Positions 39,107-50,917 are shown, counted from the stretch's first letter. The stretch is DNA of 64,000 bases from Lingula anatina (GCA_051362555.1 CM120646.1:23188001-23252000), one strand, 5' to 3'. Notes: a model not told the origin generated them from the letters alone. Numbers and translations are program-made.

Positions 39107-40456
39107 CAAAGTGTTGTTATTATATGTACAGAAAAGTCTTCTGTGTTTCAGTTGATATGAATGAAAAATTGTCATGAATATTAAATGATCCACGCGGCGT
39201 TGGCTAGAATTTGAAAACGCAAAACAAAAATATCTGAAAATTTATTATGGAAAGCTTCGTGGATGATGACATTTTTGTCATACCTCGACTATCCTAACTA
39301 TATTCTCATTTTTGAAAGTGATTTTTTGCACCATAGCTGGAGTTTAATAGCATAACGCTAGTTTTATCCGAAAAATTCCACCAGAGATTCTCAACGATCA
39401 CTACAGTATGGGAAGGGGGTGACAATTATTATTATTTTTTATACAGCACGTGATAGTCTCAAACAAAAAAATAGAGATAAATGTTTTTACTTTCTCTCGC
39501 GCTCATATTTCTAAATATGGGACAAGATTCCACAAACATTAGTATTACTTAGAGTCCAGAAGTCAAGTTGACATTTGAGTTGGAAGTATTTCAAGCCAAA
39601 ACGACGACCAAAGATAACTGATAAAATTGAAATTACAATCCTCCAAACATGTAACTTGGTATTTACGCAAACCAGCTGTAGTAAAGCAACGAAGGAGAGA
39701 AGCTGACACACCAAACCGAAGCCGTGTTTCCTCCTTGATCATGAATTCCGACTGTCTCACAGCAACTCCTGATGGATTTGAAACCATAGGAGGATGGTGC
39801 TTCATTTATCATACCATGGTGTATAATCCACCTCTGAAATGCACCCTTCCTTTTGAAACTAGATATAGTTGTTTTAATCGTCTCTCTTTGTGTTAGTCTT
39901 TTAGTCCTTATATTATGTTAATATTATTCTTTTTTCTGCTAGATTGTGTTATTATTTTGATGCATGGAATAAGCAGCTTGCCGTTAGATAGCCAAGAAAA
40001 ATCAGTCGTTGTTCATATAAAAAGTAAAACATCAGCTGTCCACTTTTGTCCCATGTCTTGTGGTGCTCTGAGTTTGTATGTTGTATTTAAGCCTTATTTT
40101 CATATTCAACTTTCAAAGAAACTTCACGCAGATTTTTCTTGGCTTCAATATTGTTATGGTCTCTCTTCCACGCATGCTCCAATGTGATGTCACTGCCGTG
40201 AAAGTGTATTGGTAAGTAGAACGGTAAATTTTGAAGATGATATTTCGTTTTTTTATGATAAAAATCATTCATTTAAATCATGGCACACTAAGTTAAATCA
40301 AAGTACAGTTTTGTACATGAAATGAAACAAAGTACGTCTCCGCAGTAATCATAAGGCAAGGAAAATTACGCATGAAAACATAAAATAAAATGTGCTTAAA
40401 GTAAGGTTACAATAGTAACATTAATTATAAATGTTTTTTCTTTTCTTTTCCTCCAG

Positions 40457-43400
40457 GCGGCGACACTCCCACTCCATTACGACCAATCAAAACCAGGTAG
40501 AAACACCGCGTCTCCGCTAAAACAAGAAATACCTTTTGTTCCGAATAAGTCGACCACACTTCCAGCAAAACTTCACAAGCACAAGGTCTCGACATTGCCA
40601 AAGAAGGACCTGGCACATTTAAAGACGATGGGGCACGTGTACTGCGATGATTTCGCGCCATTTGCCCACAGCCCGCCTGGACACACGTGTGGCCTCCCCT
40701 GTTGCCGCGAGGAGATGAGGGTTCGTATAAAGAAGGACCCAAGAGGCATGCCGAAATGTTTTTCTGCTCCAATAACCAAGGACATACCCGAGCAGAACTT
40801 CACCCTGACGCGCCGTTTGAAACAAATCAAGAGTATGAATGGAAACTTTATCAAATTGCCTGGACCGACGGATGCCCGTCCTGGTCCCTCATTGCCCCCC
40901 ACGAATTTGAACATAAATGACCCCAGTTCAAGCAGTGGACATCGCCATCATCCGAGTGGACAAGGTATTTCTAAGATAATCATTAAGCTTGACCACCCAA
41001 CTGATGAAGGTGAAACGTCTGACTTTGAAGAGGACAAGACAAAGGAAAGGAGAACTCGGAGACACGTGTCCTTTGCCAACGAGTTGGAGGTCCACCTCAG
41101 ACCCAGTAGCCTTTCCTTCCAGCCGGCTCACTACGGCAGCTTTGGGTCCCTGCCCTCAAAGTATCAGGCCAGAATGCGCACCGGCCTCCCACTCGCCTTT
41201 AGACAGAAAGAACACATCTCTCAGTATGAAGAAAACGAAGATGTTTACGACATTGAACGTTTCCATAGTGACTGGAATATAAACAGTCCAGCAGATATGT
41301 GGTCGAAGGAGGCGAGCGCCGTGGAGGCGTGGGAGGTGGACAGGAATGAGCTCCTCAGGGACACACAGATCAGCCGAACTGCCAGTTTCCGCCGTGAGCT
41401 GCGCCAGGTCAACTCGTCTAACCGTCCCCTCCACCTACAGCAGTCCAGAATGAGTGGCCGAACCAAGGTGCAAGAGGTACATCCCATGAAGAAGGCAAGG
41501 GTTGTTCCCTTTGAGAAGCCAAATAACGGGGCAGCTGCTCCACCGAATGAGCAAAACGCGACTCCCTCTAAATTCTTTAGCAAAGGAAAGGGAGGCCTTT
41601 TTTCTAAAATTCCAATCAAAAAGAGGGAGCCATCGGGTCAATCAGCATGTCAAAATGAAGCAGAGGATAGCGCGAAATCCAACGTGCCGCACAGGAATAC
41701 CAAAACGCAAAGCGAAGTGGAGGTGACATTGAGAGAAGAGAGCAAGAACACCATTAGTGCTGAAAAGGGAGCGTGTGTTGAAGATGAGCAGTGCTCTGGG
41801 GTTTATGAAAATGAAACCAACAAGTCACACAGTTTACCAGTCAGTGTTTTGAGACACGCTGTCAATGCCACCTATGGCGTCCAGCCTCCTCAAGATGATG
41901 ACGTCATCCCATCCAAACCAGTCAATGTGGTAAGACCGAAGCATCTCCCAGTTGCTTCTACCGTGAAATGTCTGTCAGATACAGCGCCGGAGGTCCAGAC
42001 TTCAGTTCAAGATGGCGGACACGTACCACGTTTACCAGCTGGAGCAACACCCACGCCCTTTCTGTTCAAACCAGCTCGTGCACAGCTCCCTATCGACCCA
42101 TCAAGGAAGAGCTTGCAAACACACGAGGAGCAAAAGTCGCAGCAATCAATAGATCTGATCCATGAAGAAGAAAACAACAGTTCCATGGTGCCCGCTTTTC
42201 TACCACAGCAAACTTCCAAAGGTGAACAAGAAACGGGAAGACTGGCCCAAGATCAACTAGTGAGGAATAACCTCATTAAATCAGGCATTAAAACAGACAT
42301 GGAATTGTCAGCCCCCAAACCTGAAAGCTCTGTGTATGAAAATTTTGGGATTGATCATTTGAATATCCATCAACAAACAGCCGAGAATGGATCTAAACGC
42401 TTATTAGCAGGTGCTCAACCAACGCCCATTTTAATGGAGGTGCCCCATAAAAGAGAACACGAACTTGTAGCAGCAGGTGCCCACGATTCAATTGCTCCTT
42501 TGCCTGATCTACCTTCACCCCCATCGCCCCCTCTCAGCCCTCCCACTTCACCTATCCTTAACCTACCTCTACCCCCTCCACCTCCAGGATTTTGTGACGT
42601 CATCCCCCCCTCACCCCCACCACGGCCTCCAATGCCACTCCAGCCAGTGTGTACACCACAACCAGCACCTCCTCCTCCTCCTCCTCTCCCTCCACCCCCA
42701 CCTCCATTAGTCCCCGTGTTTAATTCATTTAATCGAAAACCTCCCGCTCAAGGCGAGGGTGCCCAGAGACAGAAGTCGCCCACACTGCTAAAAGGCCTCA
42801 GGCGACCAGCAGATGCCACGCTTCACGACCAACTTCTCGTGGAACTTAAATCGTTTAAATCTCTGAGAAGAATCAGTCAATCAGCCACGACGGACAGTGA
42901 GGAAGGCGGTGACAAGAAACGAGAGTACAATGTAACACGTGACAGACCCGGGGCGGCACGTACAGCTCATGGTGCTGTCAATCATGCAGATTTCCCTCCC
43001 CCACCTCCTCCTCTAAGTGAAAGACCTACTACAGACGAACATTTGCAAAGAGATACGAGTCCAGACAACCTCTACTCCGACATTGACGACTACATGTACC
43101 ACGTACACAGTGGGATATCTGGAAGTACAACTAACGTGGCAAGCTCAACAGAGACACCAGATGATATATACGACCATCTTGAAGATATGGATTCAAGCAA
43201 CGTGTACGGCATGTCTCAGGCTGCAAATGCATCTCAAGCAAAAGATAATAATGTCACAGAGTTTAGCACACATGACTCAACAAAGAGTGGACTTCACAAC
43301 GGCTTTGATGGAAAAGAAAACACAGACATGGATGCAACAACTAGAATTTTGCACAACATGGGGCTGCTTCACTCTAAGGAAAATAACTTTCAGTTTGAGG

Positions 43401-43720
43401 ATTTTGAAAACGAAAGTAAAACCAAGTCTGAGCGCCGAGGTAGCAGTCATTTTCCAGTCGAAGCTAACGTTCGTATACAAAGTGACTTTACTTCACCCAG
43501 CAAAGGGCAGCTTGTGGCACCAATACAGGAAGGTAGACATGGTGCTAACAAGGATGACAGGGAGCCACACGTAAGTGGCGCCCCTGGTGGTGATGGTCAG
43601 AACAAACCTGTTAATCACAGCGCTCCTGCTACAATGGCCACGCCCACTGATTCTCAACATTATTACTGTGCCTTGGATTTCGAGAGACAGAGCAGTAAAG
43701 AAGAGCCGATAATGGTGTAG
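40457..43720 (+). CDS. Large terminal exon/ORF (1087 aa): disordered, proline-rich, with WH2-like, FPPPP, RVxF and tyrosine motifs; alternative echinoid tail or separate gene
   Basis: Open for 3264 nt from a strong acceptor ttttcttttcctccag| (phase 0); the ORF-track start at 40595 is TTG, first ATG is at 40628; AATAAA at 43975. Confidence 0.8.
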   Translation, partial: AATLPLHYDQSKPGRNTASPLKQEIPFVPNKSTTLPAKLHKHKVSTLPKKDLAHLKTMGHVYCDDFAPFAHSPPGHTCGLPCCREEMRVRIKKDPRGMPKCFSAPITKDIPEQNFTLTRRLKQIKSMNGNFIKLPGPTDARPGPSLPPTNLNINDPSSSSGHRHHPSGQGISKIIIKLDHPTDEGETSDFEEDKTKERRTRRHVSFANELEVHLRPSSLSFQPAHYGSFGSLPSKYQARMRTGLPLAFRQKEHISQYEENEDVYDIERFHSDWNINSPADMWSKEASAVEAWEVDRNELLRDTQISRTASFRRELRQVNSSNRPLHLQQSRMSGRTKVQEVHPMKKARVVPFEKPNNGAAAPPNEQNATPSKFFSKGKGGLFSKIPIKKREPSGQSACQNEAEDSAKSNVPHRNTKTQSEVEVTLREESKNTISAEKGACVEDEQCSGVYENETNKSHSLPVSVLRHAVNATYGVQPPQDDDVIPSKPVNVVRPKHLPVASTVKCLSDTAPEVQTSVQDGGHVPRLPAGATPTPFLFKPARAQLPIDPSRKSLQTHEEQKSQQSIDLIHEEENNSSMVPAFLPQQTSKGEQETGRLAQDQLVRNNLIKSGIKTDMELSAPKPESSVYENFGIDHLNIHQQTAENGSKRLLAGAQPTPILMEVPHKREHELVAAGAHDSIAPLPDLPSPPSPPLSPPTSPILNLPLPPPPPGFCDVIPPSPPPRPPMPLQPVCTPQPAPPPPPPLPPPPPPLVPVFNSFNRKPPAQGEGAQRQKSPTLLKGLRRPADATLHDQLLVELKSFKSLRRISQSATTDSEEGGDKKREYNVTRDRPGAARTAHGAVNHADFPPPPPPLSERPTTDEHLQRDTSPDNLYSDIDDYMYHVHSGISGSTTNVASSTETPDDIYDHLEDMDSSNVYGMSQAANASQAKDNNVTEFSTHDSTKSGLHNGFDGKENTDMDATTRILHNMGLLHSKENNFQFEDFENESKTKSERRGSSHFPVEANVRIQSDFTSPSKGQLVAPIQEGRHGANKDDREPHVSGAPGGDGQNKPVNHSAPATMATPTDSQHYYCALDFERQSSKEEPIMV

Positions 43721-43989
43721 AGAAGTTAGATAATTTGAAGATACTCTGGTGTCGTTTTATTTATACGGATATTGCAATTATGCTGTTTGTAAAACGATTT
43801 TGTTACACGTATATACAATCACCAGTTATCATGTTGATGTTGTTTAATAGTAGTAATAATCTGGTTTTAAAAGCTGTTTCAATCTGTAATTCACAAGAAA
43901 CACACAAGAAAACCAACACGTACACATATATAGGTGCATGTAGAGTGTAGCACATTTATGATTATCGGTGAAACGAATAAACTGAAGGA

Positions 43990-44123
43990 CCGTGTAACAG
44001 AAAGACCACCCCCAATTTAGTTGCAATGGTTGGGGTTAGCCTGACCTAAGTGGGTCAAAATCTAGATCGATGCTTACCTGTGCCAATGGATATGAAGGGG
44101 GACTCTCTTTCATGTTACACCGG
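43990..44123. mobile_element. Small MITE-like element with imperfect inverted ends
   Basis: ccgtgtaacagaaagaccaccccc ... gggggactctctttcatgttacaccgg; no TSD seen. Confidence 0.4.
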
Positions 44124-45255
44124 CACTTTTTTTTACATTAATGTACCTTTATGACAAATATCCAAAATAATTAGGCCTACATTCTTGCCTTTCAAATGCG
44201 GTATCTATATTATATTATATAATTGTTAAATTGATAAAATAATGAGGAGCAAGAAAAAGCCAATTGTGTTCTAACATCGTTATTTGCCCTGTGTCTTTTA
44301 TACACGTTACTTGCACATAGTTTATACAGATTAAATATTGAATAATAAAAAAAAGAAAAGAAAACAAACCACCGATTGTATAATTTTAGCCCGTTTCTCA
44401 TTTTTACTTGAAATCATTGGCCACGGGTTCACTTAAGAAACTTTCAGTTAAGAACGAAATAGAGCTTTTTTGTTTTGATAACCTATTTTGGTCTCCAAAC
44501 ATGATGTGTCTGAGTTCCTAGCCCTTTAACAGCTACAGCAAATGGCATTAGTTCATTGATTCCCGAGAACTACAGTTTTATCCGGAGATGACACACGATG
44601 TCCCACAATAATGATTTTTAAACAACTTTACAAAGTGGGACCTACTACATGTTATTAGACTTCACATGATACCTAAGCTAGTTGCATAATTTTTGGAACA
44701 AATTCGTTCCCTCTGCTTTATCCCACTTCAAACTATTTGTTATTTTTTCATCGCCATTGTTATCGCCTTTATAGTAGACATTCGGTAAAATGGAGTTCGA
44801 AATATCTACAGTCCATTGGCAAATTCCACTTTTCTGATAGAGCCATTAAATTTCCTTTTGAATCCCAGAGTTTAAACACCGTAAGTTGGTATTTGCTTTT
44901 ATTTCAAATTGATGCCTATGTACCGTTTTCTTTCGGATGCATTTTTTTTACAAATAAAGTTGCTTGCTAAGAAAAAATTCCTACAGGTACTAGATATAAA
45001 GAATTAGCTGCAGTTTTATGCATTCATATAAGACCGTGAATCAAACGTCATGCGTTCATAGACTGTCGTGAAATTTCAGCCATGTGCACTTTGATATATA
45101 TAAATATTTTCATAACAATTACAAATAAATGTTTCACCTTTGCAAAATATTAATAAAAAGAAAAAGAAATTTACAGAAATCTTCAATACAAAATTTGTTC
45201 ATTTCTAGGAAGTAATACAGCACAAATCTGTGAAGAGTTTCTAAACACGTGATTT

Positions 45256-45299
45256 ATAATAATAATAATAATAATGATAATAATAATAATAATAATAAT
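45256..45299. repeat. (AAT)n microsatellite
   Basis: Direct reading. Confidence 0.9.
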
Positions 45300-45547
45300 G
45301 TTTATTGAGCACTAAACGTGTACATAATTTGACATTAGTGGGCTCACTAATCTACTGAAAATAGTATATACAAACATATATACAAAAAGTATAATTATGA
45401 TATGTAACATGACATTCTAATACCAATCAGCATGTCTTATATGGTTGCTACTCTATACTTAATACAATAAAGTATTTGCACTTGACATTTTAATTTAAAT
45501 ATTATGTGTAATGTTAAGCTAAACCTATTATCAAAGTCGCTGCATTA

Positions 45548-47968
45548 AGGCTGGGTCACACTGCGCTTGCAACCTTTTTGCAACCACAAAATCTGACGGT
45601 CGCATGCGATCACTTTAGCCTAGGTCCCAACTACGTTTTGGACGCACGGTTTTTAGGTTCCTTGCGTCCGTCTAGGACATAGCTAAATCGCAGGGAGGGA
45701 ATCAAGTAAAGCCTAGGTCCCAACCGAACGTATGGGCTACTACGTGTGGTCTACGGCCAAAAAATGGGGAAAACGTGGGAGTTCGTGCGTGAGGAGCACG
45801 TCTATCGTGCGACTTTTGGAGGACGCAAACAGCACGTAGAAACTTTTCGACATGATCAACAGCCGCTTCGTGCGGTCTAGCTCGGTCCTAGCCGGACACA
45901 AGGGACCAAAAAACCGTGCGTCGAAAACGTAGTTGGGACCTAGGCTTTTGCAAGCTAGTTAAAAAGCTATGGCCAATTTTGATCGGCAAGCAGTCGCAAA
46001 CCGGTTGCAACAAGGTTGCAGTATGGTATCTGCAACCTCTAATAACCATCTTCAAGTTATAGGTTACCTGTCGCACACCGTTTGCCAAGCGAAGAACAAC
46101 CTGTCTGCAACCTCTTGGTGCTTGAAAACCGGTTGCAGGACTGTAGCAATCGCTTGTCAACTGGTAGCAGAAAGGTCGCACAGAAAATATGTTGCCAACT
46201 TGTGACAGTAACTGCTTTCTCATAAATTCCCCTCTCAAAAGACAAAAAAAAAGTTCTAGTAAAACTGACCCTTTTCAAAAAGACGGGACTGTTATAATTA
46301 TTGGCTGTGCTTACCTAAGAAACAGAATAAAAATCTAGGAAATACTGGGTAAGACCGTGTATTGGAAGACACTCCTTGTAAGGCGATTACAAACATTTGA
46401 TGAAAGAACTTGAACTTGAAAATCAGGAAGTTTTCATTCCTTCCCTAAAAATAGAGTCAGCAATGTTTTGTGTACTTTTGACAAGACTACACCCTCTCCA
46501 AACGAAATTTGCATACGTTTTAATCTTCATTAATCTTATAATACTCTTTCATATTTTCTTGTTCAAGTACTTGGTCTCTTTGAGGTTGCAAGGCCTGTGC
46601 AGTTACGGACACACTGAACAAAAAAACCTCTTTGGGACTTGCAACCGTCTCCGGTTGCAAAAAGGTCGGCGACCGGCTGCAACAACTCGCAAAGTGGTTT
46701 CCAAATGAACGCTGGGTTGATATCCGGTTGCGCCGGTTTTCGGGGCAGCACCGATAACCTCTTGGCGACCGAAAACCTACTTGTGGTATCCAACCGGTTG
46801 CTAACAGATCGCCGACTGCTTCGCAACTAATCGGCAACCGAATGTGTGTTTTTCTCTTTGTCTTATTAACACCAGGCGTTTGCCTCTTACAATACAACCT
46901 AATTAAATCGTGACAGGTCGTGTGAATCGTTTACTTTTTACACTGTCATCCTTGTAGTGAGGATATCAAACACTGGAACGAAGTTAAATTGTTTGTTTTG
47001 AAACTGGTTTTATTTAAGATTATTTAACGATCTGTTCAATTATTTGTGGATGATTTTGATGGTCGAAATTATGATATTGAATATCAATTATACATATTTG
47101 ATTAAATTGTTTTTATTTTCCGTTTTCTCTGCATTCGTGTATTTGTTTTATCGTTTACTTTGATAATAGGGCTTCGCAAATTTTAAATGACATACAGTGA
47201 TATATAATTTATGTTTTCGGCATTTTACCTATGGTTTTCGTAAAATGATAAAATAAATAAGCTTAGCGTCAAAAACATTGCTGTTAGCTTCCAATTTTTT
47301 TTGGTCTAGTAAGTTTGAAATACGTGGTATATTAAACCTTGGCAATTACTATAAAATCTTGCCAACAAGTGCAATTATGCCAACAAATGCAATTATGTTT
47401 TTTTTTTTTCTAAAATATTATTATTTATGATCTTGATATTTAGAAGGCATACATGACAAGTTATGAAAAAAATTCTTTGCCCAAATAGACCACCATCCTA
47501 CGCTTACTTTATTGCAGTCGCTTGCAACCTTCCTGCGACATATTTTCGAATGCCTGCGATCGGTAAAAAACCTGTTAGCGACCAAGAGACTAAAGACCGT
47601 AAGTCGACCATGCAGTTACAACTTCAACCTTCTAGCGACCTGCTGCCGACTTCTTGCGACTGGTAAAAAACTTGTAAGCGACCAGTCGACTAAATACTAT
47701 CAATCGACCGTGCAGTTGCAAATGGTAGGCCCTATGCTACTGGTTGTAGCAACCTACTGACAACCAAGAAGAGACCTGTTAGCAACCTTAAGGATACCAA
47801 TATCTTTCATCTTTAGTTGCACCGGTTGTCGGTGCACAAAATATATCCGTCAATCCTCTACGATCGCAGGCGACCTGTTAGCAACCTTATGCGACCACTT
47901 AAAAACCTATGGCAACCTCCTTGCGACTGAGGTTGCCAAAAGGTTGCAAGCACAGTGTGACTGCAGCT
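45548..47968. mobile_element. Non-autonomous PIF/Harbinger-like DNA transposon, 2.4 kb
   Basis: TIRs aggctgggtcacactgcgcttgcaacctttttgcaacc / ggttgccaaaaggttgcaagcacagtgtgactgcagct, TTA TSD on both sides, many GCAACC/GCGACC subterminal motifs, no transposase ORF. Confidence 0.85.
45617..45946. mobile_element. 330-bp MITE nested in the Harbinger-like element
   Basis: TIRs agcctaggtcccaactacgttttggacgcacgg / ccgtgcgtcgaaaacgtagttgggacctaggct, TTT on both sides. Confidence 0.85.
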
Positions 47969-48349
47969 TTAGAATCTGCGCTCAAATAAAGTTTTCCCAC
48001 AAACTAAATACGTACCAGGCCGGGTTCTATCGGACATGAAGGCCCTTAATTCAGTTCACATGTTTTCTAATATACTTTTATATTAAAACATAAAAACTAT
48101 CTTCTACTTCATCATCATAATCGGTCCATTCATGGTGATACTCATCACTGTCACACACTTTGTATTAAAGGTTGCATGCCATGTGGCTGCTGAAACAGTT
48201 GGCATAATTACGCTCATGATGTTTCACTTCCATCAATATTTCAACTTCATGTCGTCGTTTCTCATTTAAAATTGTTTGGCATTTTTCACCGACACTTTAC
48301 TTTAGTATTTTCCAGCAGTCGGGGGTACTTTTCAAAAATAATTACCGAC

Positions 48350-50917
48350 CTATTTCCAAGTTACATGCCCGTAAGAGTTGACAATGGCTTCTGTTAGGTC
48401 ACTGAGGCGGTCTACTTTGCCCAGCTCATTATCAGACATGTTAATCTTCATTCCAGTCTGCTCTGACACTGTACTGAGAGACTGTATCAATGCTATCAGT
48501 GGACGGGTGATACCGTGGTACCGACCCAGGTTATTGCTTCTTAATGAAAACGATTTCAATTTTGTGGTATGTTTCACACCTTGGCTCAGTTCAGACACGG
48601 CTTCACAGACATCCTGACATCTGTCATCTTTTGTGGTATCACCACGACATGTACACCTGCTGGCCCCACACCTGGATGTCATATCACTGCGAGATCTGAG
48701 GTCACTGCTATCAAAGATGTCACTGAGCACATCAGACAGTACTTGCTCCAGCTTCAGGGATTCCAATCCTGGCACATGATGAAGGTTCCTGGCCAGAATT
48801 TTTAAAGTCTCAGCACCTAGGCGGGTATAAGTAATACTAAAATCAGTCAAACCATGATTGGCAATAGGCATTTCCACTAGAGCAGATGGGAGCTCTTTTG
48901 GCCTTTTGCATACTGATACATTAATTGTTTTTAAGGACTGCGTCTGTCCCAGTTTCATAATGTCTTGACTATTTACCATTCCATGAACTTTAAGATGCAC
49001 CAGTTTTTCAGGTTTTGGTATTGATGATAAAATTCCATAACAGCGAATTTGTATCGAAATTGTGTCAAGGTTAAGAGCTTTTGATAAAACAGAATTTAAG
49101 ACAGATCTGCACTCGTCGTAATCTGTCTCTATACACCAAACGATAACTAATAGTTTCTCTAACGTGTCACAAGAATTTAGCACAGATAATACATTGTGAC
49201 TTGTTTTTCCTATGGGAAACCTAACGTCGTTCATGACAGTTCTCACATCTTTGAATATACCTGAGTACTGCTGAACACGTTTTGATGCCCTCTCTACACT
49301 TTTCAACAAGATTTGACTAAATCTGTGATCAGAGTGCTCAAATGATGCAGGTATGTTGAGTGCCGTGTGCCAGGACATAAGCTCAGGGGGCATCACTGTT
49401 TTCTGGGTACAGTGTGCATACCAGTGTTCTAGGAGGATATCATTGCACCACTCACTGTACCTCCTGTCATAGTCCCATGCATGTGCTTGAAAACTTTGCA
49501 TCCGTGATATATCTTCGCCTTTCTTGGATTCAACCTGCAGAGCTTTAGCTCTCTCCAGCACTTTGGTGGCCGCGCTATTACTTAAACCACAGACGAAGCG
49601 CAAAACATAGTCCATGTTGTAGAGTTCATCAATAGTGTGTAAGCTGTCCAGAAATTGATCTAAAACATGGCCATTTCCATCTAAGGTATTATTCTCCTTC
49701 AGGTATCGTGCAGCAAAAAATTCCTGGATGGTTTTATGAGGGAAAGTAATTGCTTGTTTAACATCGAACTTGTAGTGCACCTTAGTCTTGTTGAGGAGGC
49801 CTAAACTGTACATCTCGCCGATATCTGGAATTGATTGCAGATCATTTTCATCAAATATGAGACCTCCCTCTGGTTTCAGCAGTCCATAGTAAGCAAGCTT
49901 ACCGAGACAGTTAATGGTGTCGTCAATATTTTTATAATATTTGTCTGTTTCATCCTGAGTCTTGGTGTTATATTTCCGTCTTATAAGCAGCTGTATTAGC
50001 TTCTTGTATAACAGTGTGTATGAAGCTGGGAGGGATTCTGTCCTGACAACACTTTTGCGATCCTCTAGCCACAAAAGGCAAATGAAAAGTAAAAGTATCG
50101 GGATCTTCACTAAGGACATCAGTTTCTTTTGCTTTAAGTAGTCTATCAGACGTTCCCCTGTTGACCCCAACATCCAAACAAGGAAGTTATCGTGTGACTT
50201 TGGCTCATCAAAGAATTTAGCAATATATTCTGCTATGTTGTCCTCTGTCAACCCAGTGATGTCATAAACACTGTCCGTATTTCGTGGGTTCATCAATTCT
50301 TCTGCCTTCCATGGACGTGTTGTGATGATAGTGCACACGTCTTGGTATCGTCTGCAATGAATGATGTCTGTGATTTCCTTATGATTCTTAGAATCAAATT
50401 CATCATAACCATCAAAGACCAATAGCACATGGTCACCGTCATTATCCAGAGCATCCATGATTTCCTTTATCTCGTTCTCAGAGCAAGACAATTGCATTTC
50501 AAGTGCTTCCTTTAGAGTTTTACCAGGCTGGATGCTGCGCAGATTTAAGATTAAAAGGTGTTTATATTTTGAAAGTACCCCATCACTTTTTTTACCCAGT
50601 GTCGCATTTGCCCAGTCTATTGCCATCTTCTGTGTAAATGTGGTTTTGCCGATACCTGCTTTTCCTCTCACCAATATTCTCTTTGGTGTAATACCCTGTC
50701 TGGTATTTTCAAATATTGAGGTATAAGTTGGGACTGGCTTGGAGCTAGTGCCTGTGGGTTTCTTTTCCTCTTGTACCCACTCCAAGTTCACATAGACCTC
50801 GTCCATGTGCATGGTGTCGTTGGAGTCCCAAGGAAGACGCTGTATCTGGCTCATGTGGCGGGTGTAAAAAGCCGCTAATGGACTTTTTCTTGACTGTGTT
50901 GGACTCATAGCAGGTGC
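48350..50917 (-). CDS. NLR-like protein, last exon: NACHT NTPase + helical/winged-helix + degenerate LRRs
   Basis: Walker A ILVRGKAGIGKTT, Walker B VLLVFDGYDE, sensor IITTRP, KIPILL, FPHKTIQEFFAA, LRR-like LESLKL and LKSFSLRSNNLG; acceptor tttaccag| at 50918, phase 0. Confidence 0.92.
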   Translation of the reverse strand, partial: APAMSPTQSRKSPLAAFYTRHMSQIQRLPWDSNDTMHMDEVYVNLEWVQEEKKPTGTSSKPVPTYTSIFENTRQGITPKRILVRGKAGIGKTTFTQKMAIDWANATLGKKSDGVLSKYKHLLILNLRSIQPGKTLKEALEMQLSCSENEIKEIMDALDNDGDHVLLVFDGYDEFDSKNHKEITDIIHCRRYQDVCTIITTRPWKAEELMNPRNTDSVYDITGLTEDNIAEYIAKFFDEPKSHDNFLVWMLGSTGERLIDYLKQKKLMSLVKIPILLLFICLLWLEDRKSVVRTESLPASYTLLYKKLIQLLIRRKYNTKTQDETDKYYKNIDDTINCLGKLAYYGLLKPEGGLIFDENDLQSIPDIGEMYSLGLLNKTKVHYKFDVKQAITFPHKTIQEFFAARYLKENNTLDGNGHVLDQFLDSLHTIDELYNMDYVLRFVCGLSNSAATKVLERAKALQVESKKGEDISRMQSFQAHAWDYDRRYSEWCNDILLEHWYAHCTQKTVMPPELMSWHTALNIPASFEHSDHRFSQILLKSVERASKRVQQYSGIFKDVRTVMNDVRFPIGKTSHNVLSVLNSCDTLEKLLVIVWCIETDYDECRSVLNSVLSKALNLDTISIQIRCYGILSSIPKPEKLVHLKVHGMVNSQDIMKLGQTQSLKTINVSVCKRPKELPSALVEMPIANHGLTDFSITYTRLGAETLKILARNLHHVPGLESLKLEQVLSDVLSDIFDSSDLRSRSDMTSRCGASRCTCRGDTTKDDRCQDVCEAVSELSQGVKHTTKLKSFSLRSNNLGRYHGITRPLIALIQSLSTVSEQTGMKINMSDNELGKVDRLSDLTEAIVNSYGHVTWK

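Noticed and set aside
40595-40597. ORF-track start of the 1041-aa ORF
   Set aside because: It is TTG; the frame is open back to the acceptor at 40457
40573-43574. Overlapping and antisense ORFs over the giant exon
   Set aside because: Shadow frames of GC-richer coding sequence
39181-44436. Weak inverted similarity TTAA-atgatccacgcggc / gccacgggttcac-TTAA bracketing the giant exon, as if it were transposon cargo
   Set aside because: Short, gapped match that does not extend; compatible with chance
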